DNA of 64,000 nt from positions 12,041 through 76,040 of the forward strand of contig JAPPOO010000076.1 in the NCBI GenBank assembly GCA_028817875.1, written 5' to 3'. This stretch comes from Alphaproteobacteria bacterium. Its GTDB lineage: Bacteria > Pseudomonadota > Alphaproteobacteria > UBA2136 > JAPPOO01. Within the stretch, counting starts at the first letter, position 1. Each line of letters opens with the position of its first letter. Under the pieces are notes generated by a model. It did not search any database and was not told where the DNA came from. It saw nothing but the letters and a program-made list of their open reading frames with translations. Below, one piece after another: positions 10,003 through 19,378 of this stretch. A program made the translations under genes and the position numbers.

Positions 10003-12594
10003 TTAACCAATAGCCGCTAAAATTCTTAAGTCGTATAGCAAATTCTGTGCTTCTCTGGGGCTAAGGGTGTCCAAATCAATTTCCAAAAGTTTATCTTTTA
10101 CCTGTTGGGCTTGCTCGTCAGTTTGCTCCAAATCAGAAGTAACAGAACTTTGCACAGGCGTTGTAAATAAAGGTAGGTCTTCCGCAGCGGCAACAGGCTT
10201 ACCTTGAGCAGATTTCTCCAACCCGCTCAAAATTTCTTCAGCACGCTTAAGGACAGGTTGGGGCAAACCTGCTAAACGACCAACATGAACTCCATAACTG
10301 CGTGGCGCAGCGCCTGCTTGCACAGCGTGGAGGAAGACAATATCTCCCTGCCACTCTTTAACGGTAACGTGGTGAATATGCACATTTTCTAGCTGGTCAG
10401 CCAACACGGTAAGCTCATGGTAGTGGGTAGCAAAAAGCCCACGGCAGCCAATAGTTGCCGCCAAATGCTCAACGCAAGCCCAAGCGATACTCATACCGTC
10501 ATATGTAGCAGTACCTCGGCCAATTTCATCAAGAACAACCAAACTACGGTTTGTGGAATTGTTAAGAATAGAAGCAGTCTCAACCATTTCCACCATAAAG
10601 GTAGATTGCCCACGGCTTAAGTCATCAGCAGCACCAATGCGGGTGAAAATGCGGTCAACAAGGCCAATATGCGCCTGAGTAGCAGGAACAAAGTATCCCA
10701 TTTGGGCAAGCAAGGTAATCAGCGCATTTTGCCGTAAAAAGGTGGATTTACCCGCCATATTCGGGCCAGTTAACAACCAAAGCTCACCGTCAGTTAGCGC
10801 ACAGTTATTAGCAACAAAATTCTCAACCGTATTTTCAACAACAGGGTGGCGTCCACCAACAATATCAAAGGCGTAGCTGTCATCCACAACGGGTTGAACA
10901 TAATCTCGTTGTTCAGCAAGCTCAGCACCAGCAGCTAAAACATCCAAAGTTGCCAAAGCTTCCGCCAGTTCCAGTAAATCTCCCGCTTTTTGCTGAACAG
11001 CAGCAATCAATCCTGCAAAAACTTGCTGTTCTCTAGCTAAAGAATTTGTTTCGGCAGCAGAAAACTCACGTTCCAAAGTCATAAGCTCTGCCGTAGAAAA
11101 CCGCTGTGCATTCGTGGTTGTTTGCCGATGAATATAATCTTCCGGCACTTTATCAACATTGCCTTTGCTAACTTCTAAGAAGTAGCCCCAAACTTTATTG
11201 TACTTAAGTTTAAGCGTAGGGATGCCCGTTCGAGCTTGTTCCGCTTGCTCAAGCTCTTTTAGCTTTTGTAAACCGTTAGACTGCAAATCACGGTAGCTAT
11301 CCAGCTCAGCATCATACCCAGTACGGATAAACCCACCGTCCCGTGCCAGCATGGGCAGGTCTTCTTCCTTCAAAGCCGCATCTAATAAGTGAGAAAGCTG
11401 GTCAAAGCCACTCAACTTTCCAGTTTGTTGTTGAATAAGAGGCACGGCAACATTCTCAACAGTTTTCTGCAAATCTGGCAATTGTTTAAGTGTTTGACGC
11501 AAACTATGAACATCCCGTGGGCTCCCGCGCTCTAAAACAATACGGCTGAGCGCACGCCCTACGTCCGTGCATTGTTTGAGAGTATCCCGTACATCTGCCC
11601 GAAGTTTGGCTGAATCCAAAAAAGTCGCAATACTTTCCAAACGCTGGTTAATGGCTTTAGTATCTGCCAAAGGCTGGCTAACCCAGTTTCTAAGGAGTCT
11701 AGCTCCTGCGGCCGTAGCTGTACGGTCAATAGCATGAAGAAGGCTGCCTTTCTTTTCTCCTTGAAGCGTTTCCGTTAACTCCAAATGTCTGCGCGTGGCC
11801 TCATCTAAAATGAGTTTTGTTTGCAGTACCTGAGTTTCAGGCATTTGCAAAGCAGGCAACTTACCAACTTGCGTGTGCTGTGCGTAGGCAACGGCTGCGC
11901 CTGCCGCGATACGCTGGACATTCTCACTAAATGACGGTCCCTCATCAAAAGCTTGCACCAAGGCAGAATCCGTTTGGCTGGAAGCAAAAAAGACGTCTTC
12001 CACTGTAACGGGCCAACCATAGAGGTCAGTTGCAAAGGTATCCGCAAGGCTACACGGAACAAGAATTTCCGCAGGGTTCAAAGCGGCCAACTCAGCCGCT
12101 AAAGTCTGCGGTGTCACAGAAGTTACGCCAAAGGAACCTGCCGCCATATCCAGCCAAGCTAAAGCGTATGTACCTTGATGCTCTGCAAGCGTTGCCAACC
12201 AGCGGGAAGCATCACTCGGCAACAAATTATCTTCCGTTAGCGTACCACCCGTATAAAGCCGAACAACATCCCGCGTAACCAAAGCCTTCGCCCCACCGCG
12301 CTTTTTAGCTTCTTCGGGGCTTTCCGTTTGCTCACACAATGCCACCTTAAAACCGCGGTTAATCAATTTAGCAATATACCCCTCTGCCGCGTGGTAAGGC
12401 ACACCACACATAGGAATCCCCTCAGCATCCTTGCTAGTTCTCCGTTGTGTAAGGGTAATTTGCAAAGTCTCTGCTGCCTGTAGGGCGTCATCCCCAAACA
12501 TTTCATAAAAATCCCCCATGCGGTAAAACAGCAAATAGCCGGGGTATTGGCCTTTTATGGTTTTGTATTGCTGCATCATAGGGGTGTCGTTCAT
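10003..12594 (-). CDS. mutS: DNA mismatch repair protein MutS (863 aa)
   Basis: Mismatch-binding N-terminus (…GDFYEMFGDDA…), Walker A GPNMAGKSTFLRQ, ABC signature and HTH dimerisation C-terminus. Confidence 0.95.
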   Translation of the reverse strand: MNDTPMMQQYKTIKGQYPGYLLFYRMGDFYEMFGDDALQAAETLQITLTQRRTSKDAEGIPMCGVPYHAAEGYIAKLINRGFKVALCEQTESPEEAKKRGGAKALVTRDVVRLYTGGTLTEDNLLPSDASRWLATLAEHQGTYALAWLDMAAGSFGVTSVTPQTLAAELAALNPAEILVPCSLADTFATDLYGWPVTVEDVFFASSQTDSALVQAFDEGPSFSENVQRIAAGAAVAYAQHTQVGKLPALQMPETQVLQTKLILDEATRRHLELTETLQGEKKGSLLHAIDRTATAAGARLLRNWVSQPLADTKAINQRLESIATFLDSAKLRADVRDTLKQCTDVGRALSRIVLERGSPRDVHSLRQTLKQLPDLQKTVENVAVPLIQQQTGKLSGFDQLSHLLDAALKEEDLPMLARDGGFIRTGYDAELDSYRDLQSNGLQKLKELEQAEQARTGIPTLKLKYNKVWGYFLEVSKGNVDKVPEDYIHRQTTTNAQRFSTAELMTLEREFSAAETNSLAREQQVFAGLIAAVQQKAGDLLELAEALATLDVLAAGAELAEQRDYVQPVVDDSYAFDIVGGRHPVVENTVENFVANNCALTDGELWLLTGPNMAGKSTFLRQNALITLLAQMGYFVPATQAHIGLVDRIFTRIGAADDLSRGQSTFMVEMVETASILNNSTNRSLVVLDEIGRGTATYDGMSIAWACVEHLAATIGCRGLFATHYHELTVLADQLENVHIHHVTVKEWQGDIVFLHAVQAGAAPRSYGVHVGRLAGLPQPVLKRAEEILSGLEKSAQGKPVAAAEDLPLFTTPVQSSVTSDLEQTDEQAQQVKDKLLEIDLDTLSPREAQNLLYDLRILAAIG

Positions 12595-12963
12595 AAAGTA
12601 AGTTCCATTGCTTATTAATTGGGGCTAACTATGCCTAAAAGTATGCAAAAACACAACACACCCAGCAGATATTGACACAAATTACCCATGCCTATAGTTT
12701 AAACAAACTGACAGCTACATCTTCTTAATAATTTTTTACCAAACAAAACTTTACCGTTAGGTAAAAAAGGCTGTCTTAGACTCAAAAGATGGAGGTGCCC
12801 TTGAGAGCGCTTTAGATTGATAAAAATTCGCGCTGCTAAGTAACCTTCTTATACTTAGCCGCAAGTGTAGGCATCCAAACAAGCCAGCAAAGGGCGGCTA
12901 TAACTTATAGAGTGAAAGGTCTTTGCCTACCTTGGGGCAGGTAGCTTTCATGAAGAAAAAACT

Positions 12964-13004
12964 GCTTCCTTTGGGCATAATAGTCCCAAAGGAAGCCTTT
13001 TTTG
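12964..13004 (+). terminator. strong rho-independent terminator (12-bp stem gcttcctttggg/cccaaaggaagc + CTTTTTTG); A-run upstream makes it bidirectional
   Basis: Perfect inverted repeat followed by a T-tract, in a 590-bp region with no convincing ORF. Confidence 0.6.
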
Positions 13005-13140
13005 TCCAAAATTCCCAAAGTTGACGACACACCATTTTCTCTCTACGCTTAAATTTCAAGAAGAACATGGCCGTTTAAGTTTAAAAATCTTTTTCAAAAA
13101 GCTTAAACAATTTTCCTATAAAACAACTATGTTCTTACCA

Positions 13141-13149
13141 CCCCCCCCC
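13141..13149. repeat. homopolymeric C9 tract about 35 bp upstream of the start codon of 13184..13591
   Basis: ccccccccc read directly from the sequence. Confidence 0.9.
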
Positions 13150-13183
13150 ACGGCGCAGCCGTACTTTCTTAGAAGGAATACCT

Positions 13184-13591
13184 ATGATTAGATTAACAAC
13201 TTGGGTCGTAGCTATAGGCCTATTATTCCTAAATTTAAATGCAGTTCTTGCAGGTAATAACAAAGAAAAACCTGAGGTATACTTAGGTGCTGTCACGTAT
13301 ACGATAGTCGTGCGCGGTGTAAAAATTTATTGCAAGCTTGGAAAGAAGGCGACAAGTGCTAAGTGCGTGGTAGAAAAAGGTAAACAGATAGCAAAAGAGT
13401 ACTCAAAAAAAGGTGCTTTTTGGTTCAACGTCCATAGGGGCCCCAATCAATCAGTAAGGTTAATATGCAAAGCTACAAGAGAACGTACAAAAGCACTCTG
13501 TTTAACAAACAGTAGATGGGGTCGAATGAGAAAGCTTTTTGATGGGCTTAGAAAAAAGAAAGTAGTACGTTACAAAACGCAAGAAACTTAA
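13184..13591 (+). CDS. small secreted basic cysteine-containing protein (135 aa)
   Basis: N-terminal signal peptide (MIRLTTWVVAIGLLFLNLNAVLA), Lys/Arg-rich mature part with 4 Cys; terminator downstream. Confidence 0.5.
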   Translation: MIRLTTWVVAIGLLFLNLNAVLAGNNKEKPEVYLGAVTYTIVVRGVKIYCKLGKKATSAKCVVEKGKQIAKEYSKKGAFWFNVHRGPNQSVRLICKATRERTKALCLTNSRWGRMRKLFDGLRKKKVVRYKTQET

Positions 13592-13613
13592 GTAATTTGA
13601 GTTACTTCACCAT

Positions 13614-13640
13614 GGGGCAATTTTGCCCCTCCTTCTTTTT
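13614..13640 (+). terminator. rho-independent terminator (ggggcaattttgcccc + T-rich tail)
   Basis: Hairpin plus T-tract directly after the stop of 13184..13591. Confidence 0.6.
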
Positions 13641-13692
13641 AGGAATCTAAATTTATTTCACAGCCTTCCATATTTTCCTGTACCTTTAAAAA

Positions 13693-14538
13693 ATGAAATT
13701 GGAAAAAGAGCTCTCTGTTGCCATCGCCGCCGCCCGCCAAGCAGGCGAAATAGCGTTGTCTTACGCAGGGCGTACCGTAAAGTCAGAGCTTAAAAACGGT
13801 TTGCGGGATAGCCCTGTGACAGAGGCAGACCGCGCGTTAGACCACTACCTGCATAAAACATTTACAGAGGCATTCCCTGAAGATGCGTGGTTAAGCGAAG
13901 AAATAAAAGACGATGGGAGCCGGTTCACAAAGCCTCGCTGCTGGGTGGTAGACCCTATTGACGGCACAGTTGGTTACGTCAAGTGGTTGGAAAGCAGTAT
14001 GCAACAAAACACAACCCAGCAAAACCGACGTCAATTTAGCATTTCTATTGCTTTAGTAGAGAACGGAAAGCCTATTTTGGGTGTTATATATGCGCCTCTA
14101 AGAAACCAAATGGCATCAGCTGTAAAAGGACAAGGGCTACTCTTTAACGGCCAGCGGGTGCAACCACAACATACGGTATCAGACCTTGCTGAGGTAACGT
14201 ATTTATCCAGCGTGTCAGAGGAGAGAGATGGGCTGCTAGATTTTTTGCAGGGCAAAACAACACTACAGGCGTACGGTTCAGTTGCTTATAAGCTAGCTTT
14301 AACAGCCTTAAGTGCGGATACCGTCACGGCTAGTGTTAAACCCAAAAACGCGTGGGACCTTGCCGCTGGGCAGTTATTATGTGAGGAAGTGGGGTTAACC
14401 GTAACAGACCTTGCAGGGAACCCTTTACGTTACAACACCGAGAGCGTTATTTACGAAGGGCTAATTGTTGCCCCCCCAAATATTTACCCGATACTCAAAG
14501 AATTACTACCCAATGCACCAACGGGTGGTTATCGGTAA
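13693..14538 (+). CDS. inositol monophosphatase family protein (SuhB/CysQ-like, 281 aa)
   Basis: IMPase motifs: …WLSEE… metal site, WVVDPIDGT, …WDLAAG…; contains a Gln-rich insertion. Confidence 0.8.
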   Translation: MKLEKELSVAIAAARQAGEIALSYAGRTVKSELKNGLRDSPVTEADRALDHYLHKTFTEAFPEDAWLSEEIKDDGSRFTKPRCWVVDPIDGTVGYVKWLESSMQQNTTQQNRRQFSISIALVENGKPILGVIYAPLRNQMASAVKGQGLLFNGQRVQPQHTVSDLAEVTYLSSVSEERDGLLDFLQGKTTLQAYGSVAYKLALTALSADTVTASVKPKNAWDLAAGQLLCEEVGLTVTDLAGNPLRYNTESVIYEGLIVAPPNIYPILKELLPNAPTGGYR

Positions 14539-14548
14539 AAAAAAGGAA

Positions 14549-15283
14549 CTATTCTAAAGTTTCTATTTGCTCAGGGTGGGTTACTGTCACTAAAGCACCA
14601 TTAATTGGCTTAATATAACCCCGAATACGCACCTTTTTACCCCTTTTTTGCTTTAAATCACTAAATTTTGACCAATTTTTGCGCTCAATTTCAACGGTAA
14701 AATCAGTGCGCCAATCAGTCCCAAAGTTAAGGTAGGTGCGGTTTTTAACGGTTACGACCTGTTTGATTGCCCCTTCAACAACCTGAAACTCGCCAATTTC
14801 TTCTTTTTTACAACACGTTACAGCATTTTTAATGCTCCAGCGGGGCAATGCCCAAATTCCTTTTTTCGCCTCGCGCGCAGCGTTCTCAGCAGCAAATAAC
14901 GCCTTGATATCATAGGAACTATCGGGAAAAGTATAAACATGCGCAACACCCTCTCGCAATAAGTGCTCATTCACCCAAGTACCATCAGATAAAAAAACAT
15001 TCGCCAACACCCTCCCATACCGATCTCGGTCTTTAGCTTGCGTGGTAATATTAATCTTCTGATTTTCCAATAATTTTTTCGTAAAATCACTGGCTTGCAA
15101 CCCCCAAGGTTCAGCAGGGCGACGGCTCGTGCCAGGTTCAGGCGTATTAATACCAAGTAAACGGACAGTATCCCCACGAGCTGTAACAAAAGTGTCTCCA
15201 TCTAATACGTATTCCACAAGAGCAGTAGTATCTTTAGCCCAAGCAAAAAAAGGTAAAAATAAACAAAAAAGTATAAACTTCAT
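14549..15283 (-). CDS. secreted thermonuclease (SNase-like) with a C-terminal extension, 244 aa
   Basis: Signal peptide MKFILFCLFLPFFAWA, then SNase motifs (DGDTF…VRLLGINTPE…, YGR…, …EAKKGIW). Start chosen at the internal ATG; the ORF track extends further upstream. Confidence 0.7.
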   Translation of the reverse strand: MKFILFCLFLPFFAWAKDTTALVEYVLDGDTFVTARGDTVRLLGINTPEPGTSRRPAEPWGLQASDFTKKLLENQKINITTQAKDRDRYGRVLANVFLSDGTWVNEHLLREGVAHVYTFPDSSYDIKALFAAENAAREAKKGIWALPRWSIKNAVTCCKKEEIGEFQVVEGAIKQVVTVKNRTYLNFGTDWRTDFTVEIERKNWSKFSDLKQKRGKKVRIRGYIKPINGALVTVTHPEQIETLE

Positions 15284-15379
15284 GTTCAAATCGTAACAAA
15301 AGTAACAAAGCTTGTCTTGCAAGAGAGAGAGAGATACACTAACTACCCAAAGAAGAGGAATAGAAGAGAGGCATTTTGC

Positions 15380-15895
15380 GTGACTAAACCGTACATAATC
15401 CGACCTGAAACGGAAACGGACAAGCCCCGTATAGCAACACTTTTGGCGCGTACCTATATGGACCAAGGCGTTCAAGCTATTGAATTAGTGGGAGAATTAC
15501 GTCAGCAAGAAAACTATAATACACAATTAAGTTTAGTTGCAGACAATAGTGGAGAGGCCGTAGCCTGCGCAATTTTTGCCCGCGTTAACATTGATAATCA
15601 AACCCAAAATGCTTTGGTATTAGCCTCTTTAGGCATAGATACGCGTGAGATAGATTTAGATGTACAAAATTTTCTAAGTGATGCAATGACAGAAACTAAA
15701 AAACAAGGCCATCGGTTTGTATTCATGCGCGGAGATTTACAAGAATTTAGTGATATAGGCTTTGTAAAAAGTCGCGACTTAGGGTTAGATTTCGGCAAAA
15801 GTGACACAGGGGATTGGCTGGTGAGAGACCTAAGCCCAGAGGCTGGAGATACCGATATTTCAGGTAAGGTAGACCTTCCGAGCTATCTTGTTTAA
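15380..15895 (+). CDS. hypothetical protein, possibly a GNAT-like fold (about 171 aa)
   Basis: An internal GTG start avoids the antisense overlap with the nuclease gene; N-terminal beta-strand pattern reminiscent of GNAT, but no clear acetyl-CoA motif. Confidence 0.3.
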   Translation: MTKPYIIRPETETDKPRIATLLARTYMDQGVQAIELVGELRQQENYNTQLSLVADNSGEAVACAIFARVNIDNQTQNALVLASLGIDTREIDLDVQNFLSDAMTETKKQGHRFVFMRGDLQEFSDIGFVKSRDLGLDFGKSDTGDWLVRDLSPEAGDTDISGKVDLPSYLV

Positions 15896-15904
15896 CTAAA
15901 TAGT

Positions 15905-16597
15905 ATGACAGAAGACATTTACTGGCGTGATGGGCTGATTAGCTCCCAAAAGTTTGATGACAGCTATTTCTCGCATATTGATGGATTTCAAGAAACTCAA
16001 CACGTATTCTTAGGCGGTAACCAACTTCCCAAACGTTGGATAGGCCAGCCTCATTTTGCCATTGCAGAACTAGGTTTTGGCACAGGGCTGAATTTTTTAA
16101 CTACATGGCGAGCTTTTAGGCAGACAAATGCAGTAGGGGTTTTATCTTTCACATCCTTCGAAAGATACCTCATTACACCCGACGAAATGCAGCAAGCACT
16201 TATAAAATGGCCGGAAATCCAACCATATCAAGAAAAATTGCTTGCTAAAGATTTGCCAAATCCTGAACAAGAAGGAATTCATACGATAAAGCTCCCTCAG
16301 GCGGAATTAACTCTGATTGTTGGTGATGCGCGAGAACAGCTTCCCAAGTGGGAAGGGCAGGTAAATGCTTGGTATTTAGACGGTTTTGCGCCAAACCGTA
16401 ACCCTGAATTATGGGAGGAATCTCTCTTGCAAGAAGTTTACAACCACACTGTGCCAAGCGGTACAGCAGCAACCTATAGTGCAGCAGGCCAAGTGCGCCG
16501 CACGTTACAAACAGTAGGGTTTGATGTTTACAAGGTTGATGGCTTTGCCAACAAGCGTGAAATGCTAGTAGCTCAAAAACTAGAAAAGCCCCAGTAG
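15905..16597 (+). CDS. tRNA mnm5s2U methyltransferase, MnmC N-terminal (MnmD/DUF752) domain only, 230 aa
   Basis: ELGFGTGLNFL SAM motif and WYLDGFAP…NPELW signature of the MnmC methyltransferase domain. Confidence 0.7.
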   Translation: MTEDIYWRDGLISSQKFDDSYFSHIDGFQETQHVFLGGNQLPKRWIGQPHFAIAELGFGTGLNFLTTWRAFRQTNAVGVLSFTSFERYLITPDEMQQALIKWPEIQPYQEKLLAKDLPNPEQEGIHTIKLPQAELTLIVGDAREQLPKWEGQVNAWYLDGFAPNRNPELWEESLLQEVYNHTVPSGTAATYSAAGQVRRTLQTVGFDVYKVDGFANKREMLVAQKLEKPQ

Positions 16598-16627
16598 AAG
16601 GGGCTTTTCAAACATATTACCAGCTCT

Positions 16628-17221
16628 TTAATTTTGAGGACTAACCCAGCGCACAGAGCCATCTGTATCGCGGTAAACTACGTTTAGAGTACCAGTTTGA
16701 GCATTCTGAAACAGGTAAGCTGGTTTGTGGAGTAAATCCATCTGCATAACAGCCTCATCAACGCTCATAGGGTCAATCTTCTTAACTTCTTTATGACGGA
16801 TTGTCGGTGCAAACTCAGCAAACCAAGCTTCATCAGCAGGGGCTTCTTCTAAACTATCCTCTTCAACAGTATGGTGAACAGCTGCAAGAGCCTGCATATC
16901 CTTCAGTTTACTGTTATCATGTTGGCGACGTTTGCGGTGCTTTTGCAAACGCCCTTTATAACGCTGAAGTTGGCGCTCAAGCTTAGTTTCAGCATCTGAA
17001 ATAGCTTGGTAAAAATCATCGCCCTCTCCGAGTGCCCGTAAGTAGATGCCACTGGCGTGAACGGTAACCTCAGCAAGGTGTTTGCCCCGTTCTTCATGGC
17101 ACGAAACATCAACTTCCAGAACCTGATCGAAGTATTTTTTCAACGTCAGCATTCTGTCTTCGCAGTGTTGTTTTAAGCTATCTCCGGTTTCCATGTGTAG
17201 GCCTGCGATGTTAAGTTTCAT
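16628..17221 (-). CDS. hpf: ribosome hibernation promoting factor, long form (about 197 aa)
   Basis: N-terminal MKLNIAG…TGDSL…YF…; C-terminal dimerisation domain …YRDTDGSVRWVSP…. Confidence 0.85.
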   Translation of the reverse strand: MKLNIAGLHMETGDSLKQHCEDRMLTLKKYFDQVLEVDVSCHEERGKHLAEVTVHASGIYLRALGEGDDFYQAISDAETKLERQLQRYKGRLQKHRKRRQHDNSKLKDMQALAAVHHTVEEDSLEEAPADEAWFAEFAPTIRHKEVKKIDPMSVDEAVMQMDLLHKPAYLFQNAQTGTLNVVYRDTDGSVRWVSPQN

Positions 17222-17807
17222 AAAAATATCCTTTATCATCATTGTCTTATATCAGATTCACCTCCACCGTTGGGGTCGGTTCCCCTCAGGCTTTGTCGTA
17301 GGAGGTCTATCAACACCTCCAATAATATCTTATGCCTCTCGGGATGAGTTCTCAACTGAAACCGATAAAAAATTAGCTGACAAAAAACGCCTAAAAACGA
17401 TGAAAAATGAGTGTGAATAAGGGATAAAACGGTATTAAAAAGTGATATTTGAAGTTAAAAAAGTGTAAATTTTGGTGCAAAAAAGTAAAAAAAAGCAAAA
17501 AAACTTCTAAGAAATGCCTTTGGGTGGCTTCTTCTTCTGTTTTTTGTATACAATCGAGCAGGCGCGCGGGGTGGAGGGCTAGGCGAAGGAAGGGGGGAAT
17601 TGTGGGATTATTGGTGTGTACACGGCGCAGCGCGCTCTGTTCAAATAAACAAAACAATTTATCCGATTTTTTGATAGCCAGTTCACTGGCAAAGTCAGCA
17701 AATGGCTACTTGCCCCAGCCCCTACAACAACCAAGTGCTTCTCGCATTTGGGATGTTGAGAACCGTTAAAACACCAAATAGGGGTAAATATTTGGTGGTG
17801 GCTTTCT

Positions 17808-18173
17808 TTACTTTTCGTTGGTGAGTTTGTTAATCAGATTAGTGAAGGCTTGTTGTTGGGCGGGGTTTAGTTGGCGAAACCTTTTGGTAAAATTGAGTTC
17901 TTTGGTGGTTACGTTGTTTGGTTTTTCAGTTGGTTGTGGTGATTTTTGGTAGTTCTCAAAAAAGAATTGAATGGGTGTTTGGAGAATTTGAGAGAGTTCA
18001 TACAACTTACTGGCGCTGATGCGGTTGGTGGCGTTTTCGTATTTTTGAATTTGCTGGAAGGTGACACCTAGCTGTTCGCCTAGTTTCTCTTGAGATATAT
18101 TCTTCAATTTACGCTGCTGTTTGAGGCGTTGGCCAACGTGAATATCAACAGGGTGGGGCGGCTTGGTACGCAC
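17808..18173 (-). CDS. XRE-family helix-turn-helix transcriptional regulator (121 aa)
   Basis: HTH_3 motif (…ISQEKLGEQLGVTFQQIQKYENATNRISASKLYELSQIL…); AGGAG RBS 11 nt upstream. Confidence 0.75.
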   Translation of the reverse strand: MRTKPPHPVDIHVGQRLKQQRKLKNISQEKLGEQLGVTFQQIQKYENATNRISASKLYELSQILQTPIQFFFENYQKSPQPTEKPNNVTTKELNFTKRFRQLNPAQQQAFTNLINKLTNEK

Positions 18174-18203
18174 GGTCTAAACTCCTTATTTACTCAATAA
18201 AAC

Positions 18204-18222
18204 AGCCACTTAAATAAGTGGC
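18204..18222. other. perfect 8-bp hairpin (gccactta/taagtggc) in the leader region upstream of the XRE gene
   Basis: Inverted repeat seen directly; the flanking 18223..18297 region holds a second long-range inverted repeat ccggagg…cctccgg. Confidence 0.4.
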
Positions 18223-18440
18223 CGGAGGTTTAGAACCGCTACAAACGAAACGGCCAGTGCTTTTGGGCATAGCCTTGGACATAACACCGCCTCCGGCTAT
18301 AACCGAAAGCAGCGTTTTGGTATCGGTGACGCAAACACCGCGTTCATAGAGGTTCTAAAGCCTCACACTTGTAACTCACAAATGCACAAGCATAATAACA
18401 CAGCCCATAACAAGAAGCACGCCTTTCCAAAACAGAAAAA

Positions 18441-18560
18441 AGACACAAAAAAGCAGCAGGAAAATACATTCCTACTGCCTTACAAATACCTTCAGTTACA
18501 AGTTGCCTTCCCTTTTAACCAACTCATCCCATTTGGGAGACTGATAGTTAAAAAGCCTCT
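18441..18560. repeat. about 120-nt direct repeat copy 1 (covers the 3' coding end and 3' UTR of paralog A)
   Basis: Near-identical to 19259..19378: aagacacaaaaa…cagcaggaaaatacattcctactgccttacaaataccttcagttacaagttgccttcccttttaaccaactcatcccatttgggagactgat. Confidence 0.85.
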
Positions 18561-19164
18561 TCTGGATATTTAGATCGTCAGGGTACTGCTCTTTAAGTTC
18601 TTTTAACCGTTTATCATATAATCGGTAACCATCTAATGGAGTAGGGACACTCCCTAGGTATTCTCTAATGTTGTTATAGATAATTCTAACGCCGTAAGCA
18701 CCATCATACTCATATATCCCCCGTAGCCCTTGAACTTTTTTATATGAATGAGCGCGAGGCAGTTCGCGGAGCTTTAAAAAAGCAGTTCTGTAATCAAGAG
18801 GATGTTTTGTTTGAGTAAGCACGCCATTTACACTGTTAGGAAAGCATTCTGTTAGAATGATATCTTCTAATCTTCTGGTGGGCTTATCAAGAGAATGAGT
18901 ATACTCTTCAATAACAATAGAAGAGCTTTCTTCTATGCGTGCTTTAAGAATGCTGTTCTCTATACGCTTGCGTAGTGCGTGATCAACAAGAACGTACCAC
19001 ATATATAACGGCGTATCAGATGGCTGAGACCTAAAAGCGTAAGCAAAAAAAGACCCGTACTCATCCGTTCCTGTAAAACTTCTGTACACATTATAAGCAG
19101 CCTGAGTTTGAGTGATAAGTGGTTGAATAGTTTTTGCATAGTTTGGGCAGTCTGAATTTGTCAT
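18496..19164 (-). CDS. hypothetical protein, paralog A (222 aa), unknown family
   Basis: ORF; its C-terminal 21 aa (…FNYQSPKWDELVKREGNL) are essentially identical to those of paralog B; the rest aligns weakly. Confidence 0.5.
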   Translation of the reverse strand: MTNSDCPNYAKTIQPLITQTQAAYNVYRSFTGTDEYGSFFAYAFRSQPSDTPLYMWYVLVDHALRKRIENSILKARIEESSSIVIEEYTHSLDKPTRRLEDIILTECFPNSVNGVLTQTKHPLDYRTAFLKLRELPRAHSYKKVQGLRGIYEYDGAYGVRIIYNNIREYLGSVPTPLDGYRLYDKRLKELKEQYPDDLNIQKRLFNYQSPKWDELVKREGNL

Positions 19165-19258
19165 GGAATTTATCCCTACTTGTTTTATAGCAGGGCAAGT
19201 TCACGAGGAAACAGTATATTTTATATATATACGCTAACAAGTAATATAAAGAGCAGCA

Positions 19259-19378
19259 AGACACAAAAAGACAGCAGGAAAATACATTCCTACTGCCTTA
19301 CAAATACCTTCAGTTACAAGTTGCCTTCCCTTTTAACCAACTCATCCCATTTGGGAGACTGATGGTTAAAAGGCATAT
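19259..19378. repeat. about 120-nt direct repeat copy 2 (covers the 3' coding end and 3' UTR of paralog B)
   Basis: Near-identical to 18441..18560. Confidence 0.85.

Noticed and set aside
15317-15475. Extended start of ORF 15317..15895 overlapping the nuclease gene on the opposite strand
   Set aside because: The overlap with a well-supported SNase signal peptide region is implausible. An internal GTG at 15380 gives a non-overlapping gene.
17391-17769. ORFs 17449..17769 (Lys/Arg-rich 106 aa) and 17391..17657 in the A-rich spacer upstream of hpf
   Set aside because: Their composition reflects the poly-A/poly-T DNA. No RBS or conserved features. They are probably a non-coding promoter region.
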